From: a virus
Taxonomy: Duplodnaviria; Heunggongvirae; Uroviricota; Caudoviricetes
Virus record (IMG/VR): IMGVR_UViG_2651869725_000007
Length of the DNA: 30,931 bases
Reading direction: 5' to 3' (one strand)
Under the pieces are notes generated by a model, which saw only the letters and a list, made by a program, of their open reading frames with translations, had not been told where the DNA came from and did not search any database. Below, piece after piece: positions 1 through 14,114 of this stretch; positions within the stretch are counted from its first letter, which is position 1; each line of letters opens with the position of its first letter. The position numbers and the translations under genes were made by a program.

Positions 1-181
1 TGGGATACGGCTGATACTGTCGCCCCTGCCAGGTGACCGGCTCACCTTTTTCGTTCTGCTCATTACAGAAAAAATAACGTTCTCCACCGACCTCTGTCAG
101 ATCGATTTCCCAGAGCACCACGCTGGCCGACTGCTCCGCACGGGTGCATTCATTCAGTGTTTCCTGCCGGATATCCTGCAT
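1..181 (-). CDS. L: minor tail protein L, N-terminal part only (gene runs off the window start)
   Basis: Minus-strand translation from the ATG at 179-181 gives MQDIRQETLNECTRAEQSASVVLWEIDLTEVGGERYF, matching the lambda gpL N-terminus as recalled. Confidence 0.85.
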   Translation of the reverse strand, partial: MQDIRQETLNECTRAEQSASVVLWEIDLTEVGGERYFFCNEQNEKGEPVTWQGRQYQPYP

Positions 182-214
182 CAGTTCACCACCTGTTCAA
201 ACTCTGCGCTGAAC

Positions 215-511
215 TCAACACGCAACATACTGACCCGCAACGACCATTTTGCGCAGGTCACCTTTATCTGCCTGCAACTCATAAGGCGGCGTCCACAGAA
301 AGGACTTCCAGCCCCCGTGCTCAGCCAGAAACGACTCAAGCGCCGTGGCCTCCCAACGGGAAACAGAAAGCGTCACGCTGTACGTTTTCAGGTCAGCATT
401 CAGCCCGGCAGGCGCACGCTGGGAATAGCCATCACCAAAGCGCACCTCCCTGACGGAAGGAGCCGAAGCCACATCCATACCGGGTTTCACTTTCCAGCGG
501 AAGGTTTTCAT
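215..511 (-). CDS. M: minor tail protein M, apparently frameshifted near its 3' end
   Basis: 98-aa ORF matches lambda gpM up to ...FLWTPPYE; the conserved C-terminus continues in another frame down to a stop at 181-183. Confidence 0.7.
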   Translation of the reverse strand: MKTFRWKVKPGMDVASAPSVREVRFGDGYSQRAPAGLNADLKTYSVTLSVSRWEATALESFLAEHGGWKSFLWTPPYELQADKGDLRKMVVAGQYVAC

Positions 512-3069
512 CGTCCACCTCCGGAGAACAGACCACCATCGCGCATCTGCCCGGTCACAACATCCATTGCCGCCTTACGGGCTACGTCATAAACCGCCTT
601 CAGTGCCTGTGGCCCTATCTGACCGTTCGTGCCGTCGTTGTTAATCACCACATGGTTATTCTGCTCAAACGTCCCGGACGCCTGCGACCGGCTGTCCACC
701 ATGCTGCCCGGTGTACCGACATAACCGCCGGTGGCATAGCCGCGCATCAGCCGGTAAAGATTCCCCACGCCAATCCGGCTGGTTGCCTCCTTCGTGAAGA
801 CAAACTCACCACGGTGAACAATCCCCGCTGGCTCATATTTGCCGCCGGTTCCCGTAAACCCTCCGGCCGCAAAATGGAATTTCGCCGCAGCGGCCTGAAT
901 GGCTGTACCGCCTGACGCGGATGCGCCGCCACCAACAGCCCCGCCAATGGCGCTGCCGATACTCCCGACAATCCCCACCATTGCCTGCTTAAGCAGAATT
1001 TCTGTCATCATGGACAGCACGGAACGGGTGAAGCTGCGCCAGTTCTGCTCACTGCCGGTCAGCATCGCCGCCATATTCTGTGCAATACCATCAAAGGTCT
1101 GCGTGGCAGCACTTTTAACCTGCGACATACTGTCCGTGGCGCTCTCTTCCCACTCACTCCAGCCGGACCTCAGGCCTGCCATCCAGCTCCCGCGAAGCTG
1201 GTCTTCAGCCGCCCAGGTCTTTTTCTGCTCTGACATGACGTTATTCAGCGCCAGAGGATTATCGCCATACTGTTCCTTCAGGCGCTGTTCCGTGGCTTCC
1301 CGCGCTGCCTGCCGGTCAGTCAGCCCCCGGCTTTTCGCATCAATGGCGGCCCGTTTTGCCCGTTGCTGCTGTGCGAATTTATCCGCCTGCTGCGCCAGCG
1401 CATTCAGACGCTCCTGATACGTGACCTTATCGCCAAGTACAGCCAGCTGGCGTTTGTACTCCAGCGTCTCATCTTTATGCGCCAGCAGGGATTTCTCCTG
1501 TGCGGACAGCTGGCGACGTTGTGCCGCCTCCTCCAGTACCGCGAACTGACTCTCCGCCTTCCACAAATCCCGGCGCTGCTGGCTGATTTTCTCATTCGCT
1601 CCGGCATGCTTCTCCAGCATCCGGAGTTCAGCCTGAAGCGTCAGCAGGGCAGCATGAGCACTGTCTTCCTGACGATCGCCCGCAGACACCTTCACGCCGG
1701 ACTGTTTCGGCTTTTTCAGCGTCGCTTCATAATCCTTTTTCGCCGCCGCCATCAGCGTGTTGTAATCCGCCTGCAGGATTTTCCCGTCTTTCAGTGCCTT
1801 ATTCAGTTCTTCCTGACGGGCGGTATATTTCTCCAGCGGCGTCTGCAGACGTTCGTAAGCCTTCTGCGCCTCTTCGGTATATTTCAGCCGTGACGCTTCG
1901 GTATCGCTCTGCTGCTGCGCATTTTTGTCCTGTTGAGTCTGCTGCTCAGCCTTCTTTCGGGCGGCTTCAAGCGCAAGACGGGCCTTTTCACGATCATCCC
2001 AGTAACGCGCCCGCGCTTCATCGTTAACAAAATAATCATCCTTGCGCAGATTCCAGATATCGTCCGCTTTCTTAAACGCGGCCTCTGCCTTAATCAGCAT
2101 CTCCTGCGCGGTATCAGGACGACCAATATCCAGCACCGCATCCCACATGGATTTGAAGGCCCGCGCTGTCCTGTCTGCCCAGGTCTCCAGCGTGCCCATG
2201 TTCTCTTTCAGGCGGCGGGTCTGGTCATCAAACCCTTTCGTCGCGGCCTCGTTCGCCGCCTGCAATGCCCCGGCTTCATCGCCGGAACGCTGCAACTGAG
2301 CAACATACGCAATCTGCTCCGCCGTCACGTTATGGAACTGGCGCGCCATCGCTGTCAGCCCCGACGTCGGGTCAGTGGTCAGCTTCCCGAAGGCTTCAGC
2401 GACCTTGTCCACCTCCACGCCGGATGCAGAGGAGAAACGCGCCACACTCTGGCTGATGGACGCAATCTGAGCCTCACCGCTTACCCCCGCCTTAACCAGT
2501 GCGCTGAGTGACTCGCTGGTCTGGTTAAACGTCAGCCCTGCCGCCAGCCCGGCTCTGGACAGGACCAGCATACGATCTGCCGTCAGACCCGACTGATTGC
2601 CGGAAAGGACCAGCGTTTTGTTGAAATCGGACAGGGTTGAGTTGCCCTGATACCAGGCATACGCCAGCGCACCGGTCGCCACCGCCAGCGAGGTGGCCCC
2701 CACCATCGGCAGGGTGATCGCACCGGCAAGCCCCCTGAACATGGGGATAATCCCGCCGAAGGAGTCCTTCACCTGACCACCCTGTTGCAGCAGGATCAGC
2801 CACGGACTTTGCCCGCCTGCAAGCTGCGTGACCACGTCAGTGAACTGCGCAGGCAGCATACGCATGGCAGCTTTATACTGCCCGACGGAAATCCCCGCTT
2901 TCTGTGCAGCCAGCGCCTGCCGGCTCAGCGACTGTTCAACGACTGCCGCTGTTTTTTTCGCATCACTTTCCGTACCGGAAAAATGACGCCTGACTCTGGC
3001 CATCTGCTCGTCAAATCTGGCCGCATCCAGACTTAAATCAACGACCAGATCGCCTACCGGTTCAGCCAT
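508..3069 (-). CDS. H: tail tape measure protein
   Basis: 853-aa ORF, same length as lambda gpH; coiled-coil-rich middle and Gly-rich C-terminus; sits after G/T. Confidence 0.93.
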   Translation of the reverse strand: MAEPVGDLVVDLSLDAARFDEQMARVRRHFSGTESDAKKTAAVVEQSLSRQALAAQKAGISVGQYKAAMRMLPAQFTDVVTQLAGGQSPWLILLQQGGQVKDSFGGIIPMFRGLAGAITLPMVGATSLAVATGALAYAWYQGNSTLSDFNKTLVLSGNQSGLTADRMLVLSRAGLAAGLTFNQTSESLSALVKAGVSGEAQIASISQSVARFSSASGVEVDKVAEAFGKLTTDPTSGLTAMARQFHNVTAEQIAYVAQLQRSGDEAGALQAANEAATKGFDDQTRRLKENMGTLETWADRTARAFKSMWDAVLDIGRPDTAQEMLIKAEAAFKKADDIWNLRKDDYFVNDEARARYWDDREKARLALEAARKKAEQQTQQDKNAQQQSDTEASRLKYTEEAQKAYERLQTPLEKYTARQEELNKALKDGKILQADYNTLMAAAKKDYEATLKKPKQSGVKVSAGDRQEDSAHAALLTLQAELRMLEKHAGANEKISQQRRDLWKAESQFAVLEEAAQRRQLSAQEKSLLAHKDETLEYKRQLAVLGDKVTYQERLNALAQQADKFAQQQRAKRAAIDAKSRGLTDRQAAREATEQRLKEQYGDNPLALNNVMSEQKKTWAAEDQLRGSWMAGLRSGWSEWEESATDSMSQVKSAATQTFDGIAQNMAAMLTGSEQNWRSFTRSVLSMMTEILLKQAMVGIVGSIGSAIGGAVGGGASASGGTAIQAAAAKFHFAAGGFTGTGGKYEPAGIVHRGEFVFTKEATSRIGVGNLYRLMRGYATGGYVGTPGSMVDSRSQASGTFEQNNHVVINNDGTNGQIGPQALKAVYDVARKAAMDVVTGQMRDGGLFSGGGR

Positions 3070-3900
3070 ACCGGATTCCTCCTGCGATCCCTTCTGATAC
3101 TGTCATCAGCATTACGTCATCCTCCGTCATGTCCGCCACATCCGGGGAAACGGGGATAACTTCATTCCCGTCCGGACCAAAACGAACGCCTCCGGCAAGC
3201 CCTGCCGCTTTCTGCATCAGCACATCATCTTCAGGCTCTTCGTCAGCCTCACGCCGGTTCAGCAGACTGAAATCCAGCGGATGCATATCCGGATCGCTGA
3301 AAAACAGGCTGAGCACGGTGTACGTCAGCCCGGAAAAGTGCATATCCAGCAGAACATCATGAAAATAATGGGTACTGTAAAAGCGGTGCCAGTCGGCATA
3401 CTCCGTGGATGACATCCCGGCAAGCATGGCACGCCAGTCGGGTCGCCCCATCTCACGCGCCAGTTTCAGGGCAAAACTCAGCTCACCGTCGAACACTTTC
3501 CCGCAGAAACAGGCTCTGCAGGCCCGGCGTCCTCTGCCTGTTCAGGGGCATCATTCACCACAAACTCATACATACCAGACAGCCGGTACACCACGTTTTC
3601 AGCATGAGAAATTGCCTCCGCGGGCCAGGTGGTAAGCACTTCCTGCTCAATCTGTTTAACGGCTTCATTCATGGACGGCATCTGCGTCTTCTGCGGATGG
3701 TTATGCCACAGGGACATCGCCACCACAAAAGCGCCGGTTCTGATGGCGTCTTCCACAGTAAACTTCCGGTTGCTGTCTGACTCCGCCTGTTCTGCCTGCC
3801 GTTTCATCAGGGCGAGATGCTCAATACGCTGCAGGGCTGACAGTTCAGAAAGCGTGACGGTCACACCGTTATGTTCAAATGATTCGGTTTTCAGGAACAT
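3062..3900 (-). CDS. T: tail assembly chaperone G-T fusion made by programmed -1 frameshift
   Basis: T-frame ORF 3062-3496 overlaps the end of G; the slippery heptamer GGGAAAG lies at the junction (3496-3502 on the minus strand), as in lambda. Confidence 0.8.
3478..3900 (-). CDS. G: tail assembly chaperone G
   Basis: 140-aa ORF matching lambda gpG in length and sequence as recalled; directly upstream of the T frame. Confidence 0.9.
   Translation of the reverse strand: MFLKTESFEHNGVTVTLSELSALQRIEHLALMKRQAEQAESDSNRKFTVEDAIRTGAFVVAMSLWHNHPQKTQMPSMNEAVKQIEQEVLTTWPAEAISHAENVVYRLSGMYEFVVNDAPEQAEDAGPAEPVSAGKCSTVS
3496..3502 (-). other. G-T slippery heptamer (GGGAAAG) for the -1 ribosomal frameshift
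   Basis: The plus strand reads CTTTCCC at 3496-3502, at the overlap of the G and T reading frames. Confidence 0.8.
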
Positions 3901-3915
3901 CGCTGACTCTCCGGA

Positions 3916-4656
3916 TTAACTGGCGGTGACGGTAATTTCTGCAACCGCAGCAAACTCACCATTACCGGATACAACCGGAATGTTGACCTTGCCTGCAGCA
4001 ACACCGTTCACGGTGATGGTCATACCACTGACCGACACGGTGGCTTTTGTTTTATCCGCAGACACCGCACGAAAGCTCTTGTCGGTTACGCCCTCCGGCT
4101 GGAAGGCCACGGTCAGCGTCGTGCTCTGCCCTTTCACCACCGAGGTGCTGGCAGGCGTCACGGTCATGCCGGTTGCCGCTGTTACCGTGCTGCGATCTTC
4201 TGCCATCGACGGACGTCCCACATTGGTGACTTTCACCGTGCGGGTGATCACTTCCTTCGCCGTCACCGCCTTACCGATACTGCTGACCCAGCCACGGAAC
4301 ACATCGACCGTGCCGTTCGGGAAGCGGATTTTATAGGCACGGGTATCACCTTCATTAAACCACGCCAGCAGCGCCTGCTGCCCCTGCTCTCCGGGCATCC
4401 ACGCCAGCGTGAAGCTGGTATCTCCAGCAGATTTCTGCCCCTGCCCGGTCGCAGCCCAGTCCGCATCTTCATCATCGAGATAACTGTCGTCATAGGACTC
4501 AGCGGTCAGTTCGCCGGGCGTCAGGTCTTTAACCTTTGCCAGACGCGACCAGTCAACGTCTGAAAGCGGATTCGCATAAGGGTCACCGCTCCCCTTATAA
4601 ACCCACAGGGTGGTCCCGGCACCTTTCACCGGCACCAGAGGATTTGGTACAGGCAT
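3916..4656 (-). CDS. V: major tail protein V, with C-terminal Ig-like domain
   Basis: Matches lambda gpV from MPVPNP...; the start is placed at the internal ATG (4654-4656) that corresponds to the lambda start. Confidence 0.92.
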   Translation of the reverse strand: MPVPNPLVPVKGAGTTLWVYKGSGDPYANPLSDVDWSRLAKVKDLTPGELTAESYDDSYLDDEDADWAATGQGQKSAGDTSFTLAWMPGEQGQQALLAWFNEGDTRAYKIRFPNGTVDVFRGWVSSIGKAVTAKEVITRTVKVTNVGRPSMAEDRSTVTAATGMTVTPASTSVVKGQSTTLTVAFQPEGVTDKSFRAVSADKTKATVSVSGMTITVNGVAAGKVNIPVVSGNGEFAAVAEITVTAS

Positions 4657-4663
4657 AGCGTCC

Positions 4664-5059
4664 TCACATTTCATAGGTAATGACATAAGTCAGATCGGCT
4701 GAACTCCACAGGCCCGCATCATCGTCGCGCCGGTAGTCATAGCCACTGGCCACCATACTGGTGATCAAATCTGACAGTGCCGGGATATCGCTCATCACCG
4801 GATAAATCCGGGACTCCATCCACGCATCCAGCTCTGAATCCGGCACCTGAGCAGGCAGGAAAACTTCGATATGCAGCTCCGCCTGCCAGGTATCGCTGTC
4901 CAGCTCTTCGCCCGTGTATTCAGCGCCGGTGAGATAAACGGCAACTGCCGGAAAATCCGCCTCATCAAAAACAGCGGGGCGACCATCAAAAAACGTCGCC
5001 CCGGTGTCATGCTTCTCCAGTGCATCCAGTACGGCTGCACGGAGTTCAGTATGTTTCAT
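4664..5059 (-). CDS. U: tail terminator protein U
   Basis: 131-aa ORF, same length and sequence pattern as lambda gpU ([28 protein letters not shown]...). Confidence 0.93.
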   Translation of the reverse strand: MKHTELRAAVLDALEKHDTGATFFDGRPAVFDEADFPAVAVYLTGAEYTGEELDSDTWQAELHIEVFLPAQVPDSELDAWMESRIYPVMSDIPALSDLITSMVASGYDYRRDDDAGLWSSADLTYVITYEM

Positions 5060-5634
5060 CGCTTTATTACCATCCTCAGTTGATGCTGCAGCGCATAGCC
5101 CAGCTCTTTCGGAAGACGTTCACGCCGTATCCGCTCAATATTTTGTTTAAACGCCGTGGTCAGCGGCACCGCCATCGGGATTTTCACTACATCAATGGGG
5201 TAACGGTTTTTCCCGGCCACACGCTGCATGACATGCCACCGGCCATTTTTCAGTTGCTGAATAAACGCGCCGGGAATACGACGGTTACCCACCACAAGCA
5301 CGCTGCCGCCACCTTTCAGGGATGAACGCTGCCCCTTTTTACGACGCCTGCGGCGCGAAAGGACAACCCGCGCATTACCCAGCTTGATTACGGGCAAATC
5401 CCCCCGGTTAACCTTGATTCTGGCCTGCGGATTTTTGACCGTGGCCCTTTTCAGCCTGGCCCTTTCCTTTACCAGTTTCCGGCGTACCTTTGTCTCACGG
5501 GCAACCTGTGACGCCGACTGCGATATCGCGGATGAAGCAACGCGGTTAATAGCCATTGCGGCGGCACCAGGCACCGCCGTTCTGCTGATACGGCTGAGGT
5601 TTTCAACGGCCTGCTCAAGACCTTTTATGGCCAT
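5056..5634 (-). CDS. Z: tail completion protein Z
   Basis: 192-aa ORF matching lambda gpZ; overlaps the U start by 4 nt. Confidence 0.92.
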   Translation of the reverse strand: MAIKGLEQAVENLSRISRTAVPGAAAMAINRVASSAISQSASQVARETKVRRKLVKERARLKRATVKNPQARIKVNRGDLPVIKLGNARVVLSRRRRRKKGQRSSLKGGGSVLVVGNRRIPGAFIQQLKNGRWHVMQRVAGKNRYPIDVVKIPMAVPLTTAFKQNIERIRRERLPKELGYALQHQLRMVIKR

Positions 5635-5645
5635 ACATCCCCCTT

Positions 5646-5999
5646 TCAGCGGCGACGGTTAACGGCAGGCGGTACGCCCCGCCCAAGCCAGAGATGACAG
5701 CTTCCACCATCATCCGGCGAAACCCGGTCTATCCAGAAGTTTTCCTCACCGATGGTCAGCGTGTCGCCACGCCGCAGCTGCCGCACATCATCAGTCCGGA
5801 CAAACAGGGACGGGCTGGAGCCTTCAACGCGCACGCCCTGTCCGGCATAGCTGATATTTTCAGGGTCATCAAAAACACCACGTATTACTGCGCCGGACTG
5901 CTCACCGGATGTCATGGTGGCTGACGTTCCCATGTACCCGCGTATCGTTTCATCGGCGCGGACAATGGCAGCATCGAACAGGTTATCGAAATCAGCCAC
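5646..5999 (-). CDS. FII: head-tail joining protein FII
   Basis: 117-aa ORF matching lambda gpFII (MADFDNLFDAAI...). Confidence 0.92.
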   Translation of the reverse strand: MADFDNLFDAAIVRADETIRGYMGTSATMTSGEQSGAVIRGVFDDPENISYAGQGVRVEGSSPSLFVRTDDVRQLRRGDTLTIGEENFWIDRVSPDDGGSCHLWLGRGVPPAVNRRR

Positions 6000-6010
6000 A
6001 GCGCCTCCCG

Positions 6011-6409
6011 TTATTGCATTCTGGCCAGGCCACGCTCTGTCATTTCGGCTGCCACACCGGCAGAGACAAGAAACGCCGTTCCCGGCAGCACAAATGCCAC
6101 AGGTTCATCCCGCGTGGCGTGAAGTGCATCAGTATGCAGCGTCACCAGTGCCACAACCGTGACCAGAGCAGACGTATCCAGAATCACGGTATCCGGCTGC
6201 GCTGATACCACCTCATTTTCATGTCCGGTCAGCACATTTTCCCGGCTGACAGACGAGTCCTGACCGGCACCGTCATCCGTGTCATCAAGCTCCTCTTCCA
6301 GCTCTGCCACACGGAGCGCCAGTTCTTCTTTCGTCCCCGTCAGGCTGACATCACGGTTCAGTTGCTCACCCAGCGACCGGAGACGGGCAATCAGTTCATC
6401 TTTCGTCAT
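6011..6409 (-). CDS. FI: DNA packaging protein FI
   Basis: Matches lambda gpFI from MTKDELIARLRSLGEQL; the ATG at 6407-6409 is preceded by a GGAGGA ribosome-binding site. Confidence 0.9.
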   Translation of the reverse strand: MTKDELIARLRSLGEQLNRDVSLTGTKEELALRVAELEEELDDTDDGAGQDSSVSRENVLTGHENEVVSAQPDTVILDTSALVTVVALVTLHTDALHATRDEPVAFVLPGTAFLVSAGVAAEMTERGLARMQ

Positions 6410-6450
6410 GGACTCCTCCACAGAGAAAAAATGGCCCCGAAGGGCCATGA

Positions 6451-7476
6451 TTACGCCAGTTGAACGGACACGAACTCATCAGGATCAGCCAGCAGCATCA
6501 GCGGTGCTGACTGAATCATGGTGAACTCACGCGCCGGATCGCCGGAGGTCACCCAGTTTTTCGGATAACGGGCAGACGCATTAATACCCTCACGCAATGC
6601 ATCCGCATCCTGAATACAGCCATAGGTGCGCAGACCGCGTGCATGAGTGTTACCCAGCACCATCGTGTTGTCCGGCAGGAAGTTCTTTTTGACGCCGTTT
6701 TCCACGTACTGTCCGGAATACACGACGATGGCCACATCGCCATACATCCCCTTATAAGACACCGCTTTGCCCAGGTCTTTCACCGCTGTCTCCAGCTCGG
6801 AATGAGAGCCACGACGGGTATCCAGCTTCTCCCTGACGGCTTTGAAGGAACGGAACAGCGCCCAGCCTTTCGGATCAAACACGATGATATTCACCACGCC
6901 GCTGGCGTTCAGCGCGTAGGCTTCGATATCGTCGGTCGGGTCATACGTGGACTTGTCACGCTTGCTCCACTCCGTGCCGCCGGACTGCGTGATGTTATTC
7001 GCCGCACTGCGGCCCATATCCACCTCAACCGGATCGAAGGCTTCACCGGTCATGGTGTATTTGCCCTTAAGCACGGCAGAAACTGCCTGCATCTCTTCGA
7101 CCTGAGCAATGGCCAGCTCTTCGTCACGCATGTTCTGCATGATGATGCGACGGCGGCGGTAAGCCGGGTCCGCCAGATTCTGCGGATCTTCATCCGGCAG
7201 GCGACGCAGGGTCATCTGCGGATTCACTTCATGCTTCGGCTTGACATATCCCGGCGTAAATTCAGAGGTGGAGCCGCCACGGGAACGGATAACCTCACCG
7301 GAAACAATCGGCGAAACGTACAGCGCCATGTTTACCAGTCCCGGAATTTGTGAGAGATAGACTTTCTCCGTAGTGAAGGGATAGCTCTCACGGAAAAAGA
7401 GACGCAGAAACAGCGGATCAAACTTAAATTTCTGCTCATTTGCCGCCAGCAGCTGGGCGGTTGTGTACATCGACAT
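6451..7476 (-). CDS. E: major capsid protein E
   Basis: Matches lambda gpE from MSMYTTAQLLAAN...; start placed at the internal ATG (7474-7476) rather than the longest ORF. Confidence 0.95.
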   Translation of the reverse strand: MSMYTTAQLLAANEQKFKFDPLFLRLFFRESYPFTTEKVYLSQIPGLVNMALYVSPIVSGEVIRSRGGSTSEFTPGYVKPKHEVNPQMTLRRLPDEDPQNLADPAYRRRRIIMQNMRDEELAIAQVEEMQAVSAVLKGKYTMTGEAFDPVEVDMGRSAANNITQSGGTEWSKRDKSTYDPTDDIEAYALNASGVVNIIVFDPKGWALFRSFKAVREKLDTRRGSHSELETAVKDLGKAVSYKGMYGDVAIVVYSGQYVENGVKKNFLPDNTMVLGNTHARGLRTYGCIQDADALREGINASARYPKNWVTSGDPAREFTMIQSAPLMLLADPDEFVSVQLA

Positions 7477-7531
7477 AAAAAAATCCCGTAAAAAAAGCCG
7501 CACAGGCGGCCTTTAGTGATGAAGGGTAAGG

Positions 7532-7864
7532 TTAAACGATGCTGATTGCCGTTCCGGCAAACGCGGTCCGTTTTTTCGTCTCATCGCTGGCAGCCTCCGG
7601 CCAGAGCACATCCTCATAACGGAACGTGCCGGACTTGTAGAACGTCAGCGTGGTGCTGGTCTGGTCAGCAGCAACCGCCAGAATGCCAACGGCAGCACCG
7701 TCGGTGGTGCCATCCCACGCAACCAGCTTACGGGTGGAGGTGTCCAGCATCAGCGGGGTCATTGCAGGCGCTTTCGCACTCAATCCGCCGGGCGCGGTTG
7801 CGGTATGAGCCGGGTCACTGTTGCCCAGCGGCTGGTAATGGGTAAAGGTTTCTTTGCTCGTCAT
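7532..7864 (-). CDS. D: capsid decoration protein D
   Basis: Matches lambda gpD from [12 protein letters not shown]...; an AAGGGA ribosome-binding site precedes the chosen ATG. Confidence 0.93.
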   Translation of the reverse strand: MTSKETFTHYQPLGNSDPAHTATAPGGLSAKAPAMTPLMLDTSTRKLVAWDGTTDGAAVGILAVAADQTSTTLTFYKSGTFRYEDVLWPEAASDETKKRTAFAGTAISIV

Positions 7865-7873
7865 AAACATCCC

Positions 7874-8479
7874 TTACACTGGTGTGTTCAGCAAATCGTT
7901 AACGGCATCAGATGCCGGGTTACCTGCAGCCAGCGGTGCCGGTGCCCCCTGCATCAGACGATCCAGCGCAGTGTCACTGCGCGCCTGTGCACTCTGTGGT
8001 GCTGCGGCCAGAATGCGGCGGGCCGTTTCCACGGTCATTCCGGGGGTTTCTGCCAGCACGCGTGCCTGTTCTTCGCGTCCGTGAGCCTCCTCACAGTTGA
8101 GGATCCCCATAATGCGGCTGTTTTCTGCCGCAACCGCTGCGGTGATCTGCGCGTTCACGTCCGGCTGCGCCGCGCTGGCGTTTTCGCCCTCCGTCGCTGA
8201 CACCACGTCAGTAACATCAGCCTGCGAAGCAGTGGCTGAAACAGTTGTTGATTGAGTCTCTTTGGTCATTCGCCCTCCTGAGAGACGGGGTTTACGTGCA
8301 TCCAGTGCATCACGCATGACGGTGATCGCATCGGTGCTGTTAACAAGTTCATCAGCCAGTCCGGCATCAATGGCCTCCTGACCGCTGTACACTGCAGCCT
8401 CTGTATCCAGCACAGCCTGCACGGACAGGCCGGTATATGCCGACACCTTCTGCGCAAACATCTGGCGGGTTGCATCCAT
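7874..8479 (-). CDS. nu3: scaffolding protein Nu3, in-frame C-terminal part of C
   Basis: An internal in-frame ATG at 8477-8479 (MDATRQMFAQKV...) gives the about 201-aa product known from lambda. Confidence 0.6.
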   Translation of the reverse strand: MDATRQMFAQKVSAYTGLSVQAVLDTEAAVYSGQEAIDAGLADELVNSTDAITVMRDALDARKPRLSGGRMTKETQSTTVSATASQADVTDVVSATEGENASAAQPDVNAQITAAVAAENSRIMGILNCEEAHGREEQARVLAETPGMTVETARRILAAAPQSAQARSDTALDRLMQGAPAPLAAGNPASDAVNDLLNTPV

Positions 8480-9173
8480 CCGGGACTGCAGTGTCTCCCG
8501 GACGTCATCCGGAAGATGGCTGTAGGGATTGCCATCCACCTTATGGCTGCCGCTGTAAATCAGCGTGATTTCCACGCCCTGTTTCTCCAGCGCAGCACCG
8601 TAATTACTGTGAGCCATCATGACGCCGATGGAGCCTGTCCGGGCGGTCTGCGTGACCAGACGCCGGGAGGCGGCACTGGCAAGCAGCTGACCTGCACTGC
8701 AGTTCATGTCGTTGGCCAGCGCCCATACCGGTTTTATGTCACGCACACGGGCGATGATGTCAGCGCAGTCAAATGCCCCCGCCACCATCCCGCCGGGCGT
8801 GTCCATATCGAGCAGAATGCCGTCCACCATCGGATCGCTGGCAGCCTGTTGCAGACGGGCGATAATGCCGTTGTAACCGGTCATCCCCGAATACGGCTGC
8901 AGCGCCCGCGTCCGGCTGACCAGCGTGCCGGACACCGGCAGCACGGCGATGCCGTTCATGACCTGATAACTGCGGGCCTGTCGTGGTCCGTCATCATCAC
9001 CGGATAACGCCAGCGTCGCGGGTGCCTCTCCGGCAGCCAGGCTGTCACCGGACACCGCATCTGTCAGGCGGCTGATCCCAAGCTGGCCTGCAAGCGCACA
9101 AAAGAAAACCCGCGCATAGGCGGGTTCAAGCATCAGCGGCTCATTAAAGGCCATGCTGGCAATATGCGGGAGA

Positions 9174-9193
<20 letters not shown>
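7874..9193 (-). CDS. C: head maturation protease / scaffold protein C
   Basis: Matches lambda gpC (439 aa) beginning at a GTG (plus-strand CAC at 9191-9193), giving VTAELRNLPHIASMAFNEPLMLEP... Confidence 0.9.
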
Positions 9194-12874
<3,681 letters not shown>

Positions 12875-12900
<26 letters not shown>

Positions 12901-13420
12901 TCAGCAACCCCGGTATCAGTTCATCCAGCGCGGCTGCTTTGTTCATGGCTTTGATGATATCCCGTTTCAGAAAATCAACATGTCGGTTTTCCAGTTCCGG
13001 AAAACGCCGCTGCACCGACAGGAGGATCCCGTCGAGAATACTGGCAATTTCACCTGCGATCCGCGACAGCACGAAAGTACAGAATGCGGTTTCCACCACT
13101 TCAGCGGAGTCTCTGGCATTTTTCAGCTCCTGTGCGTCGGCCTGCGCACGCGTAAGTCGATGGCGTTCGTACTCAATAGTCCCTGGCTGGAGATCTGTCT
13201 CGCTAGCCTGCCGCAGTTCTTCAACTTCCCGGCGCAGCTTTTCGTTCTCAATTTCAGCATCCCTTTCGGCATACCATTTTATGACGGCGGCAGAGTCATA
13301 AAGCACCTCATTACCCTTGCCACCGCCTCGCAGAACGGGCATTCCCTGTTCCTGCCAGTTCTGAATGGTACGGATACTCGCACCGAAAATGTCAGCCAGC
13401 TGCTTTTTGTTGACTTCCAT
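12875..13420 (-). CDS. nu1: terminase small subunit Nu1
   Basis: 181-aa ORF matching lambda Nu1 (MEVNKKQLADIFGASIRTIQNWQEQGMPVLRGGGKGNEVLYD...). Confidence 0.95.
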
Positions 13421-13439
13421 TGTTCATTCCACGGACAAA

Positions 13440-13640
13440 AACAGAGAAAGGAAACGACAGAGGCCAAAAAGCTCGCTTTCAGCACCTGTCGTTTCCTTTC
13501 TTTTCAGAGGGTATTTTAAATAAAAACATTAAGTTATGACGAAGAAGAACGGAAACGCCTTAAACCGGAAAATTTTCATAAATAGCGAAAACCCGCGAGG
13601 TCGCCGCCCCGTAGCCTGCCGGATCGCCGGAAAGGACCCG
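13440..13640. promoter_or_regulatory. cos: cos region: cosB between cosN and Nu1, cosQ on the far side
   Basis: Reverse complement of the lambda left end and right end as recalled (…CGGTTTAAGGCGTTTCCGTTCTTCTTCGTCATAACTTAATG…). Confidence 0.85.
13598..13609. promoter_or_regulatory. cosN: cosN, the 12-nt cohesive-end sequence
   Basis: AGGTCGCCGCCC on the plus strand is the reverse complement of the lambda cohesive end GGGCGGCGACCT. Confidence 0.85.
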
Positions 13641-13808
13641 CAAAATGATAATAATTATCATCTACATGTCACAACGTGCATCTACGCCATCAAACCACGT
13701 CAAATAATCAATTATGACGCAGGTATCGTATTAATTGATCTGCATCAACTTAACGTAAAAACAACTTCAGACAATACAAATCAGCGACACTGAATACGGG
13801 GCAACCTC

Positions 13809-14033
13809 ATGTCAACGAAGAACAGAACCCGCAGAACAACAACCCGCAACATCCGCTTTCCTAACCAAATGATTGAACAAATTAACATCGCTCTTGATCA
13901 GAAAGGTTCAGGTAATTTTTCAGCGTGGGTTATTGAAGCCTGCAGAAGAAGATTAATTAATGAAAAACATGCTCAATTTGTACCCAACAAAGACAAACAC
14001 GACCAGAGCACCTGTTCAGACAGGTTTACTTAA
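13809..14033 (+). CDS. small ribbon-helix-helix-like protein, YlcI/DUF3950-like
   Basis: 74-aa ORF on the strand opposite to late genes, just past cos; Arg/Thr-rich N-terminus then IRFPNQMIEQINIALDQKGSGNFSAWVIEACRRRL. Family assigned from memory. Confidence 0.45.
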   Translation: MSTKNRTRRTTTRNIRFPNQMIEQINIALDQKGSGNFSAWVIEACRRRLINEKHAQFVPNKDKHDQSTCSDRFT

Positions 14034-14051
14034 ACGACTTATATATGACAC

Positions 14052-14080
14052 AAAAAGCGACCACTAAAGTCGCTTTTTCT
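14052..14080. terminator. bidirectional intrinsic terminator between convergent genes
   Basis: Hairpin AAAAGCGAC-CACTAA-GTCGCTTTTT with an A-run upstream and a T-run downstream. Confidence 0.5.
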
Positions 14081-14114
14081 TATGGTAACAGGCAATAACG
14101 CTCTCAGATATTTT

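Noticed and set aside
899-2511. Several long plus-strand ORFs (899-1417, 1363-1893, 1933-2511, 2042-2299) inside the tape measure gene.
   Set aside because: They lie antisense to a gene whose full-length product matches lambda gpH; they have low-complexity Arg/Leu/Gln-rich products and no ribosome-binding sites. Similar antisense ORFs over A, B, C and E (for example 6643-7353, 8516-9007, 12073-12840) were rejected for the same reason.
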